Source: Candidatus Eiseniibacteriota bacterium (GTDB lineage: Bacteria > Eisenbacteria > RBG-16-71-46). Taken from it: a DNA stretch of 64,000 nucleotides. Positions 8,698-20,400 of the stretch are shown piece after piece. The notes under the pieces are model-generated. The model was not told the origin of the DNA. It saw only the letters and a list, made by a program, of their open reading frames with translations, and searched no databases. The stretch is from NCBI GenBank assembly GCA_038231135.1, contig JBBRLX010000004.1, forward strand, positions 1-64,000, given 5' to 3'. Every line of letters starts with the position of its first letter. The first letter of the stretch is position 1. A program made the position numbers and the translations under genes.

Positions 8698-11600
8698 ATG
8701 ACCGCGGTGCTCGAGGCGCGCAGCAGGACCACTCGCAGTTCGGGTGCACAACGCCGCCGCTGGCGCTCGTGGAGCAGGGCATTCGAGCGCGAGCAGATCG
8801 TGCCGGTGGGGCTCGCGCTGGCGGTCGCGGTGCTGGCGTGGCTCCTGGTGTACCCGGCGAAGAGCTCGGGCTTCGGCGAGGCGCGGCGCGCCCTCCAGCG
8901 CGGCGAGCTGCTGAACCTCAACACCGTGCGCCGCGGCGATTCATTGGACGCCATCCTGCGCGGCGTGTTGCCCGATGCGCCGGAGCGGGCCTACGTGGCG
9001 GCCGAGCTGTTCCGCCACGTTCCCGGCGGCGGCGCCGTAAGGCCGCTCGAGAACGTCGGCGCGCTGGCGGCCATTCGGGTGCCCGCCGATCCGGTGGCCG
9101 GCCGATCCGACCTCCCCGGGCTGAGCGGGCGCGCGGCCGTGGCGATCGCGGCGGCAGCGCGCACTCATTCGAAGGCTGCGATCGGGCTGTTCACGCCGGA
9201 GCAGTTCCAGGCGCTGAAACCGCTGCTCGTCGTGCGGGAGGGCGGCGCGTTTCGCGCGGCATTCCTGCTCCACGTGCTGATCATGATCGCCGCGTTCCTG
9301 GTCATGCACGTCGGACTCCATGCCACCGGCAAGACCGGCGACCGCTGGCTCCTGCCCATCGCGCTCACGCTCAGCGGCATCGGGTTCGCGATGCTGGTGA
9401 GTCTGCGCGACCCGCTGCGCGACCAGATGCTGTTCACCCGCTTCGCCGAGGGCACGCTGTTCGGCGGCGTGGCGCTGGTGCTGTGCGCGATCCCGTCCTA
9501 CGAGCGCACCGTGATGCGCCGCCTGGCGTTCGTGCCATTGATTGGTGCGCTCGCCCTGTCGCTGGCGCTGGTCGTGCTGGGTCACGGGCCCACCGGCAGC
9601 GACGCCAAGGTCAACCTGTTCGGCACCCAGCCCATGGAGCTGATCCGCGTGCTGCTCGTGCTGTTCCTCGCCGGCTACTTCGCGAATCGCTGGGCGCTGC
9701 TGCGGGAGCTGGACGAGCGGCCGCTCGGCAACGCGTGGTACCTGCGGATCCTCAAGCTGCCGCGACTCCATCATGTGCTGCCGGTCGCGATCGGCGTCGC
9801 CGCGAGCCTCGTGATGTTCTTCGTCCAGCGCGACCTGGGTCCCGCCCTGCTGCTGATCGCGATGTTCCTCGCGCTCTACGCCATCACCCGCCGCGAGGTG
9901 GGCCTGGCGATCGCGGGGCTCGCGGCGGTGCTCGGGGCGTTCGCGATCAGCGCGGTCGTCGGCTTCCCCCACACGGTGAGCCTGCGCACCGCGATGTGGC
10001 TGGATCCGTGGGAGAACGGCCTGTCGCACGGCGATCAGATCGCCCAGGGCATGTGGGCGTTCGCCTCCGGCGGCGTGTCGGGCACCGGGCTCGGCCTCGG
10101 CGCGCCCGCGGTGGTGCCCGCGGCGCACACCGATCTGATGCTCGCCGCGATCGGCGAGGAGCTGGGCTTCATCGGCCTCGTCGCGTGCCTGGCGTTGTTC
10201 GCGCTGCTCGTGGCGCGCGGCTTCCGCATCGCGCGCCGCGCCCCGGAGCCCTACACGATGTTCCTGGCGCTGGGTCTCACGCTCGGTCTCGCGCTCCAGA
10301 CGCTGCTGATTTCGGGCGGCGTCGCCGGGCTGATGCCGCTGTCGGGCGTCGTCACGCCGTTCGTGAGCTTCGGCCGCTCGGCCCAGGTCATCCACTTCGC
10401 GACGCTCGGAATCCTGTGGTCGCTCGCCGCCAGCGGCGCCGCCGCGGCGGGCGAGGCGCGGGGAGCGCCACGCCTGGCACTCGCCGGGGGGCGCAGCGCC
10501 GCGAACACACCGGCCGTGCGGCCGCTCACCGCGTTGGGCGTGGCGTTCGACCGCCCGCGCGGCATCCTGCTCGCGGTGCTCGGCGTCATGGGCGCGGCCG
10601 TGATCCTCAAGCTTGCCTGGGTCCAGGTGCTGCGCGCCGACTCGACGTTGGTGCGCGGCAGCCTCGCGCTCCAGGCGGACGGCGAATACCGCTACCAGTA
10701 CAACCCGCGCCTGCGCCTGGTCGCCGCGACCATCCCGCGCGGCAACGTGTTCGATCGCAACGGCGTGCTGCTCGCGACCAGCCGCTGGAAGGACCTCACC
10801 GACCGGCGCGCCGCGTTCTCGAAGCTAGGGCTGGACATCGATCGCGTGTGCCTCGCCAGCGACGAGCGGCACTATCCGTTCGGCGGCGTCACGTTCCACG
10901 TCCTCGGAGATCTCGTCAGCCGCAGGAACTGGGGCGCCGGCAACACCGCGTACGTCGAGCGCGGCTACGACGCGTACATGAGCGGCTACGATGACCACGC
11001 ACGAGTGGTGACCCTGCACGTTCCCCACAGCCCCGTCCCGCATCGTGTGGTACGCCGCGACCTGAGCGACCTGGTGCCGCTGTGGCGTCATCGCCAGCAG
11101 CCCGGGCATCCCGCGGTGCGCGCGCGGATGACGCGCGATCGCGACCTCACGCTGACCCTCGACGTCCGCCTGCAGCAACGCGTCGCGGCACTGCTCGAGA
11201 ACCAGCTCGCCGCCGCCGGCCTTGACCGCGGGGCCGTCGTGGTGATGGATGCCGACAACGGCGAGCTGCTGGCGAGCGTGAGCCAGCCCGCGCCCGAAGG
11301 GCCGCTGCGCGGTGATCGGCGGCTCGCTGCGGCCGGCGGGGCACCGGCGACGGCGGACGTCACCGACTCCACCGCGGATCCCGCGGCCAGCCCGCTCATG
11401 GATCGTGCGCGCTTCGGGCTCTATCCCCCCGGCTCGACGTTCAAGGTGGTGACGGCGGCTGCGGCATTGACCGACCGCCCCGAGTTGACGGGCGCGCGCT
11501 TCACGTGCCGCGTGTTGCCGGGGGGCCGTGTCGGCACCGTCGTCGAGGGCCGGATGGTGCGGGACGACACCGGCGACGGGGCGCACGGCTCGATCGGCAT

Positions 11601-12210
11601 GGAGCAGGCGATGATCGTGTCATGCAACGCCTACTACGCGCAGCTCGGTCGCGCGATCGGCTGGCCCGCGCTGCGCGACATGGGGCGCAGCTTCGGCGTC
11701 TCGATGGGGGATGCCGCGGACGATCCCGGGCAGCGCGCTCACGCCATCGAGAGCGCCTACGGGCAGGCGCAGGTCGTCGCGACGCCACTGGTGATGGCCC
11801 GGGTCGCCGCGACCATGGCCGCGGGCGGCCGATTGCCGGCCCCGCACATCGTGCGGACACCGGCGCCGGTGCTGGCCGAGAGCACGGTGGTGAGCGCCAC
11901 CACCGCCGCCGCGATCGCGAGGATGATGCGTGCGGTTGTCGAGCGTGGCACGGCGCACCGCATCGCGGATGTCAGCCCACCCATCGCGGGAAAGACCGGC
12001 ACCGCGCAGAACGAGAATGGCCCGTCGCACGCGTGGTTCATCGGGTACGCGCCGTACTCGGCCGCCGCGCCGGGCGCAGCAACGCACGCGGCTCACGGAC
12101 GGCGGATCGCCTTTGCCATCCTGATCGAGAACGGCGGCTACGGGGGCGATCGCGCCACCGAGCTTGCCGCACGCATCGTCGCCGAGGCCCGCCGGCTCGG
12201 CATCATCTGA
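8698..12210 (+). CDS. Fused FtsW/RodA (SEDS) glycosyltransferase and class B penicillin-binding transpeptidase
   Basis: SEDS motifs QPMELIR, QRDLG, AAHTDL and PFVSFG. PBP motifs RGNVFDRNG, STFK (SxxK), SCN (SxN) and KTG, all in one 1170-aa ORF. Confidence 0.92.
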   Translation: MTAVLEARSRTTRSSGAQRRRWRSWSRAFEREQIVPVGLALAVAVLAWLLVYPAKSSGFGEARRALQRGELLNLNTVRRGDSLDAILRGVLPDAPERAYVAAELFRHVPGGGAVRPLENVGALAAIRVPADPVAGRSDLPGLSGRAAVAIAAAARTHSKAAIGLFTPEQFQALKPLLVVREGGAFRAAFLLHVLIMIAAFLVMHVGLHATGKTGDRWLLPIALTLSGIGFAMLVSLRDPLRDQMLFTRFAEGTLFGGVALVLCAIPSYERTVMRRLAFVPLIGALALSLALVVLGHGPTGSDAKVNLFGTQPMELIRVLLVLFLAGYFANRWALLRELDERPLGNAWYLRILKLPRLHHVLPVAIGVAASLVMFFVQRDLGPALLLIAMFLALYAITRREVGLAIAGLAAVLGAFAISAVVGFPHTVSLRTAMWLDPWENGLSHGDQIAQGMWAFASGGVSGTGLGLGAPAVVPAAHTDLMLAAIGEELGFIGLVACLALFALLVARGFRIARRAPEPYTMFLALGLTLGLALQTLLISGGVAGLMPLSGVVTPFVSFGRSAQVIHFATLGILWSLAASGAAAAGEARGAPRLALAGGRSAANTPAVRPLTALGVAFDRPRGILLAVLGVMGAAVILKLAWVQVLRADSTLVRGSLALQADGEYRYQYNPRLRLVAATIPRGNVFDRNGVLLATSRWKDLTDRRAAFSKLGLDIDRVCLASDERHYPFGGVTFHVLGDLVSRRNWGAGNTAYVERGYDAYMSGYDDHARVVTLHVPHSPVPHRVVRRDLSDLVPLWRHRQQPGHPAVRARMTRDRDLTLTLDVRLQQRVAALLENQLAAAGLDRGAVVVMDADNGELLASVSQPAPEGPLRGDRRLAAAGGAPATADVTDSTADPAASPLMDRARFGLYPPGSTFKVVTAAAALTDRPELTGARFTCRVLPGGRVGTVVEGRMVRDDTGDGAHGSIGMEQAMIVSCNAYYAQLGRAIGWPALRDMGRSFGVSMGDAADDPGQRAHAIESAYGQAQVVATPLVMARVAATMAAGGRLPAPHIVRTPAPVLAESTVVSATTAAAIARMMRAVVERGTAHRIADVSPPIAGKTGTAQNENGPSHAWFIGYAPYSAAAPGAATHAAHGRRIAFAILIENGGYGGDRATELAARIVAEARRLGII

Positions 12211-12226
12211 TTGACGCGAGGACGCC

Positions 12227-13027
12227 ATGAAGCTGGACAAGCTGGTCAAGCTCGAGAAGGCGCTGGAAGGCAGTCTGGATCGGCTGACGCGCCGGAAGGG
12301 AGCGCCCGAGGAGCCGGTCGAGTGGCTGGCCCCGATCCTGGACGAGATCGAGCAGCGCGTCGTTCCGTCCGGACGCGGGCGCGCGTTTCCCTACGAAGGG
12401 ATCCTGCTGGAGCTGCGCGTCGGACCCGCGAGCCTCGAGTCCGCGCGCGCCGTGTTCGGTGCCCGGGGGTTCGAGGAGCGGGTGCGTGAGCGCCTGCGGC
12501 AGGTGCGCTGCGAGATCCCGGCCGCGCTGCGCGTGCGCGTGCGCGTGCGAACGCGCCAGGCCGAGGACGAGAGCCCGTATGCGATCGGCTTCCGCCGTCC
12601 GGCGGGGGAGAAGCGTACGGACGCTTCCGGGCAGCGGGCGGAGGCTGCGGCGCCGCCGGTGAAGATCATGGTGGTCGAGGGCCAGTGCCGGCGCCGCATT
12701 CACGAGCTCACGCTCGAGCGCATCAACCTCGGCCGCCTCGACAGCGTCGAGGCCCGCGGGCTGGCGCGGTTGCGGCGCAACCAGGTGGCGTTCCTCGACC
12801 GCGACGATCCCGTCAACGCCACCGTCTCGCGCGCCCACGCGCACATCGAGTATTTCGCCGGCGATGGCTTTCGGGTGTTCGACGACGGCAGCGCCCAGGG
12901 CACACGCATCCTGCGCGATGGCCGGTCGATCGCGGTGGCGCGCGGCGCGGTGCGTGGCGTGCGACTGCGCCACGGCGACGAGATCGAGCTGGGAATGGCG
13001 CGGGTGGTATTCCTGCAAGGCGAGTGA
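12227..13027 (+). CDS. FHA domain protein
   Basis: INLGR, VSRAHAHI, DDGSAQGT and LRHGDEIELG motifs. Confidence 0.85.
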   Translation: MKLDKLVKLEKALEGSLDRLTRRKGAPEEPVEWLAPILDEIEQRVVPSGRGRAFPYEGILLELRVGPASLESARAVFGARGFEERVRERLRQVRCEIPAALRVRVRVRTRQAEDESPYAIGFRRPAGEKRTDASGQRAEAAAPPVKIMVVEGQCRRRIHELTLERINLGRLDSVEARGLARLRRNQVAFLDRDDPVNATVSRAHAHIEYFAGDGFRVFDDGSAQGTRILRDGRSIAVARGAVRGVRLRHGDEIELGMARVVFLQGE

Positions 13028-13158
13028 CGGCTGGTGTCCGGTGCTGGATGAGACAATGAGCGTGGCATGCTATTCTGCGCACCCATGACCGCCATCGATT
13101 TCAAGCAGTCACGGGCGCGCCTCCGCCACCACGGCCGCGCCCGCCCCATCCGCAGGCG

Positions 13159-14814
13159 TTGTTCGGATCCTCCATCGCGGAAGCCGGTGATGTCATTCCG
13201 CTAGACGCTCCGCGCCCGCCCGGAGCGCCGCCGGACCCGTCCGACGTTCCGGGCGCCGCCAATCCGACGCCCGCTCCGCGCAACGCCGGCCTCGCGCGCC
13301 GCATGTCCGTGAACACGCTGCACGCGGCGAGCGGGAGGCTGGCCACGCTGTTGCTGTGGCTGCTGTTCACCCCCGCGATTCTCCGGGCGCTCGGGCCGGG
13401 CCGCTTCGCGATCTGGGCGTTGTTCTTCGCGCTCACCGGCTACCTCGCCGCGTTCGATTTCGGCCTCGCCCAGGGCACGTTGCGGTTCGTGGCGGCGGCC
13501 CGCGGCCGCGACGATCACGAGGGGGCGGGCGCATTCGCGACGCTCGCGCTGCTGGGGTACGGGGCGCTCGCGCTGGTGTGGGTGCTGGTCGTGGTCGTGC
13601 TCGCGAATCCCGTGTTGGGGTGGCTGCGCATCCCACCCGAGTTCGCGCCGTCCGCCCGGTTCGCGATGAACATCGGCGCGGTCGTGTTCCTGCTGGCGGG
13701 CGTCGCGAACGTGGGGATGGCCGCGCTGCAGGGCTACGGCCGGTTCGATCTCGCGAACGCCGTGCTGCTGTCCACGGCACTCCAGCAGGGGATCGGCATG
13801 ATCCTGGTGCTGTCGCGGGGCTGGGGGCTCAAGGGCCTGATTCTGAACGTCTGTGTCAGCGGCGCGGTGGGGACGATCGCATCTCTGGTGCTGATTCGGT
13901 GGCGCATCCCCGAATTCCGCTGGGCGACCCCGGCGCGGACGCGTAGCCGGATGCGTGCCGCGCTGAACTTCGGCGCACCGATGCAGGCCTCGAACGTGCT
14001 CGCGATGGCCAATGCGCAGATGGACAAGTTCCTGCTCACGCGCTTCGCCGGCCTCGTGACGGTGACGTCGTACGAACTCGGAACACGCGTCGCGACATCG
14101 GTCACTTCGCTGCCGGGCCTGCTGCTCCTGCCGGTCATTCCGGAAGCGGCCTCGATGAGCGCCGCAGGCGAGACCGAACGCCTGCGCGCACTCTACGATC
14201 GCGGCAGCCGCTACTACCTCACCGTCGGCGCGCTGGCGGTGGCGCCGCTGCTGGCCGCGGGGCCGCGGCTCTACGCCGCCTGGCTCGGGGCGCCGCACGC
14301 CGAGGCCACCAGTGTGCTGCGGTGGCTCGCGGTCGCGATGTCGTTCACGCTCGCGACCGGCATGGGCACCTCGATCGCACGGGGCGTGGGGCGCACCGAG
14401 CTCGAGGCCTGGTTCGCGGTCGTGGTGACGACACTCCATCTGACGATCAGCCTGATCCTGCTGCCGCGAATCGGATTGCGCGGCGCGTTGGTGGCGAGCG
14501 GGGTGTCCCATCTGGTGGGCAGCCTGCTGTTCATGTTCCTGTTCGCGCGCCTGATGCGGTGGTCCTACTTCGGGGCCGTTCTCAGACCGTTCGTCGTCCC
14601 GTTCTTCGCCGTGCTCGCGGGCTGGGCGGCGGGGGCCGCCCTCGACCACGTGCTGCCCGAGAGCGTGGGCGTCGCGCGCTGGGCAGGGTTCATGGCGGTC
14701 GCCGCGCTGTCGGCGCTCGTCGCTCTCGCCGTGGCGGTGGTCACGCGCTACTTCGCGTGGCGCGAGGCTCTCGGGCTCATGCCCGGCCGATTCGGCGCCC
14801 GGCCGGCCGCGTAG
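13159..14814 (+). CDS. Wzx-like polysaccharide/oligosaccharide flippase (MOP superfamily); start uncertain
   Basis: About 14 TM segments, with TP.ILRALG..RF.IW, DFGL and DKFLL motifs. Confidence 0.8.
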   Translation: MFGSSIAEAGDVIPLDAPRPPGAPPDPSDVPGAANPTPAPRNAGLARRMSVNTLHAASGRLATLLLWLLFTPAILRALGPGRFAIWALFFALTGYLAAFDFGLAQGTLRFVAAARGRDDHEGAGAFATLALLGYGALALVWVLVVVVLANPVLGWLRIPPEFAPSARFAMNIGAVVFLLAGVANVGMAALQGYGRFDLANAVLLSTALQQGIGMILVLSRGWGLKGLILNVCVSGAVGTIASLVLIRWRIPEFRWATPARTRSRMRAALNFGAPMQASNVLAMANAQMDKFLLTRFAGLVTVTSYELGTRVATSVTSLPGLLLLPVIPEAASMSAAGETERLRALYDRGSRYYLTVGALAVAPLLAAGPRLYAAWLGAPHAEATSVLRWLAVAMSFTLATGMGTSIARGVGRTELEAWFAVVVTTLHLTISLILLPRIGLRGALVASGVSHLVGSLLFMFLFARLMRWSYFGAVLRPFVVPFFAVLAGWAAGAALDHVLPESVGVARWAGFMAVAALSALVALAVAVVTRYFAWREALGLMPGRFGARPAA

Positions 14815-14838
14815 CGGGGGGCGCGGGAGGGACCCTTC

Positions 14839-14869
14839 CGAGCCGCCGTAGGGGTCAACCGGCGGCTCG
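14839..14869. terminator. Hairpin between convergent genes
   Basis: CGAGCCGCCG-N11-CGGCGGCTCG, a perfect 10-bp stem. Confidence 0.5.
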
Positions 14870-14886
14870 TGGTTCTTCGGACGGGC

Positions 14887-15105
14887 TTACTTCGCCTTCG
14901 TGCTGTCCGCTGCGGCGGCTGCAGCCTTGTGGCGACGGTGGTGCTTGCGGTGCGCCTTGGCCTTCGGCTTCGCCGTGCCGCTGCTGTCGCTGGCCATCGT
15001 GCTGCCCGAGCTGGAACCCATGCTGCCCTGGGCGGACGCCGAGCCGACGAAAGCCACTCCCAGCATGACCGCGAACAGCGCCAGCGTGATCAGACGTTGC
15101 TTCAT
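14887..15105 (-). CDS. Small secreted basic, low-complexity protein
   Basis: Signal peptide ending ASA, Ser-rich region, then KPKAKAHRKHHRRHK. GGAGGG RBS upstream. Confidence 0.75.
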   Translation of the reverse strand: MKQRLITLALFAVMLGVAFVGSASAQGSMGSSSGSTMASDSSGTAKPKAKAHRKHHRRHKAAAAAADSTKAK

Positions 15106-15261
15106 GATCGTGTTCCCTCCAAAATGTTGTTAGAGACGGTCCCCGCACACTCGCCGGCACCCAGACGTACCGGACCCCTGCTGTGCCAATGGAAATTTAC
15201 GACGCCGGCGGGCGTTGCGCCAGCACGTTTCGAGGCGATTGCCAGGTCAGGCCCCAACTCG

Positions 15262-17571
<2,310 letters not shown>

Positions 17572-17704
17572 GGTGTCTCCGTGCGGTCCGAGGGTGGAAT
17601 TCATGAGTTCGCAACGCTGTCACGGCGCCCCGGGTGGACCAGGCGCATTCTGACGCCCGCGAAGTTAGCCTGCAACGCCCACCGGCGGACGCCCACCGGC
17701 GGCG

Positions 17705-18541
17705 CTAGCCGGGCGTCACCCCCGCGACGGCGGCCGCGCACCGGGCCGCGAGACGCGCGTCACCCAGACGCCCCGTCCATCCGGGAAAGGCGTCCGTGGG
17801 ACCTCGCCAGAGCAGCGCGTCCACGTCACCGAACAGCGGTGCGTCCGTGCGGAGCGTCGCGAGCGTCTTGAACAGCAGCGCCCGCTCGCGGTGCCTGCCG
17901 AGCACCTCGGGCGGGAACGCTTCGATCCTCCCGTGCTGGTTCAGCAGCTTCGCGGCCCGGACCGGGCCGATGCCCGCTATGCCGGGATACCCGTCGGCGG
18001 CATCGCCGACGAGTGCGAGGTAGTCCGGTATCAGCGCCGGCACCACGCCGAACTTCAAACGTACGCCGTGCTCGTCGCGAATATTGCCGCTCTTGCGATC
18101 CACCTGCACGACCCGATCCCCGACGACGCACTGCGCGAGGTCCTTGTCCGGCGTCCAGATGCAGACCTTGAGCACGGCCGGGTTCTCGGATGCGATGCGC
18201 GCGGCGGATGCGAGCGCGTCGTCGGCCTCCAGCTCGATCATGGGCCATACCGCCACACCCATCGCGGCCAGCGCATCCTCGAGCGGGTGGAACTGCCCGA
18301 ACAGCGCGGGCTCGATGCCGTCGCCGGTCTTGTAGCCGGGCCATAGCTCGTTGCGGAACGACTCGATCACGTGATCGGTCGCCACCCCCAGGTGCGTCGC
18401 GCCGGTCTCGATCATTTGCAGCACGGTGTTGAGCACGCCGGCCACCGCGCCGAGCGGCCGGTCCTCGCCCTTGTGGAAGCGCCGCAGGCCGTAGAAGTGC
18501 CGGTACAGTTCATACGTGCCGTCGAGCAGGTGGATCATCAT
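17705..18541 (-). CDS. Stand-alone 5'-3' exonuclease / flap endonuclease
   Basis: HLLDG, FRNELWPGYK, EADD, DKDLAQ and LVGDAADGYPGIAGIG (H3TH) motifs. Confidence 0.9.
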   Translation of the reverse strand: MMIHLLDGTYELYRHFYGLRRFHKGEDRPLGAVAGVLNTVLQMIETGATHLGVATDHVIESFRNELWPGYKTGDGIEPALFGQFHPLEDALAAMGVAVWPMIELEADDALASAARIASENPAVLKVCIWTPDKDLAQCVVGDRVVQVDRKSGNIRDEHGVRLKFGVVPALIPDYLALVGDAADGYPGIAGIGPVRAAKLLNQHGRIEAFPPEVLGRHRERALLFKTLATLRTDAPLFGDVDALLWRGPTDAFPGWTGRLGDARLAARCAAAVAGVTPG

Positions 18542-18609
18542 TCGCGGCAGCCCATTCGCGGCGGCGTCATGTGAGCGGTCGCCACATTCGGCGTCTCACG
18601 ACCGGACGT

Positions 18610-19557
18610 TCATGATCCGCTGGCGTGACCGGCGGGCGCCGGCATCGGAACCCGCTCCAGTTCGGCGCGGTTCCAGCCACCCAGCCCGGCCGCGATCCCG
18701 TAGGTGCTCTCGAGGAATTCCCGCACCATTCCGTCGGGATCGGCCGAGCGGCACACGCGCTCGTAGGGCAGCGTCCACTCGTGCATCACCGGATGGTACT
18801 CCGCCGGTTCCGGCCGCACCTGCGCGGCCGGACATCCCGGCGGCTCCGGGTAGGCGTAGGCGTAGAAGATCGGCTCCTGGATCGGAGCGTCCGGGCTGCC
18901 CGGCCAGAATCCCGCGCTGATGCACTCGTGCGAGTACGCTTCGCGCGTGACGCGATCGGGCAGTCCGGGAATGCCGCCCGGATGCGTCGGGGCACGGCGG
19001 CCCGAGAACCGTGTGCAGGCGAGATCGAAGCTGCCCCACCAGAAGTGCGACGGGCTCGACTTGCCGAGGAACTCGCCCCGGAACTCCTTGAACACCCGAT
19101 CCGCCCGGACCAGCGCGAGCCAGAACCGGTGGACCGCATCTGCGTCATAGGAGGCGTGGGCGTGGTCGTCGGGAAACCGCACCGGCTCCGCGATCTCCGA
19201 CGGCACCGGCCACATCCGCACGTTCACGCCCAGCGACCGCAGCAGCTCCCGGTAGCGCTGGTAGAACTCTGCCACGCTGTGTGGAGCGAGCGGCAGCGTG
19301 CGCTCGGCCCCATCGCTGGTACGCGCGATCAGTTGGTGCGCGACGAAATCGAATTCGACCTCGAGCGTGCGGTCGCCCGCCGGCATCGGCGACGTTGTGA
19401 GTCCGCGTGACGTGAGATACTGCGCGACGTGCCAGCAATGGTTCTCGGTGGGGGATAGTGCGAGCCGCGTCTTGCCCACCATCTGAACCCAGCGGTGGAG
19501 CGTGGCGAGCGAGTCCTGCCACTCGGCGAGAGGGGCCAGCGGGGGCCAGGCATCCAT
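18610..19557 (-). CDS. DUF5996 family protein
   Basis: TLHRWVQMVGK, NHCWH, HFWWGSFDLA.TRFSGR and EAYSHE..SAGFWPG motifs. Confidence 0.85.
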   Translation of the reverse strand: MDAWPPLAPLAEWQDSLATLHRWVQMVGKTRLALSPTENHCWHVAQYLTSRGLTTSPMPAGDRTLEVEFDFVAHQLIARTSDGAERTLPLAPHSVAEFYQRYRELLRSLGVNVRMWPVPSEIAEPVRFPDDHAHASYDADAVHRFWLALVRADRVFKEFRGEFLGKSSPSHFWWGSFDLACTRFSGRRAPTHPGGIPGLPDRVTREAYSHECISAGFWPGSPDAPIQEPIFYAYAYPEPPGCPAAQVRPEPAEYHPVMHEWTLPYERVCRSADPDGMVREFLESTYGIAAGLGGWNRAELERVPMPAPAGHASGS

Positions 19558-19767
19558 GGTGCCGACACCTTTCTGCCGGCGAGGCCGGCCATCGAGTCGC
19601 ACGTGATACGTTGCCGCGTCCGTCGAGGATCAGAATACGGTATGAGTGCTCCCGCACAAGACCACCTCATGACCCCGCTCCAGTGCCGGACCCGCCATCA
19701 CGTTCGCTAGCCTCCACGTGAACACCCGACCTCATCACGCTGCCGGCAAAGGCAGGACGCAGGTGAG

Positions 19768-20364
19768 GTGATGCGTCCCTTGCCGCCCCTGCGCCCGGCG
19801 TGGCGGACGTTCCTGGCGCCCCACCGACTACGGCACGTTCCGGCTCGCGCCGCAGTTGTCGGGGCTCGCCTCTCGCGATCGCGCCTGCCGCGTTCCCGCA
19901 TCGTCGCCGCCCTGGTCGTCGCCGTCGCCCCGCCACTCGTGACGACGGCGCGGGTGCTGGGCCCGCGGGACGACCGGTTCACCGAACACCTGGGCCGCGG
20001 CATGCTCGCGAGCCTGCCGCCCCGCGCGGTGCTGTTCACGCGCGGCGACCTCGACCCGCGGGGCGCGGCGCCGGGGCTCCTGGACCAGGCCGCGCGCGAG
20101 CTCGTGCTGGCGGATTCGATCGCGCTCGACGACTACTTCCGCGCGTGGCCGGCATGGAGCTTCGAGGCGGTCGGGCACGTGCAGCTGGCGCGGTTCGCGA
20201 CGCGCGCGCTGCTGTTGCTGTCCCGGCCGGATGCGGCCACGCTCGGCACACGGGCTGCGCGCGCTCGGACCCTGAGACTTCGATGGAACCGGGGTTCGGA
20301 GCGAGTTCCCCGCGATCGCCGATCTCTTGGTGTTCGGGACGTGAACGTTCGGGTGTCGCCATGA
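19768..20364 (+). pseudogene. Degenerate fragment of a DUF2723-like membrane glycosyltransferase gene
   Basis: Hydrophobic stretch followed by GRGMLASLPPRAVLFTRGD, resembling the C-terminal part of DUF2723 proteins. The flanks look non-coding. Confidence 0.35.
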
Positions 20365-20400
20365 GGGCCGCGCCGGCCGGGAGTACTATGATGTGGTGGA

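Noticed and set aside
8769..10994. 741-aa alternative-frame ORF inside the RodA-PBP gene
   Set aside because: Arg/Pro/Ala-rich off-frame product of GC-rich codons.
13085..13204. 39-codon ORF upstream of the flippase
   Set aside because: No RBS, no recognisable features, and it overlaps the possible flippase start.
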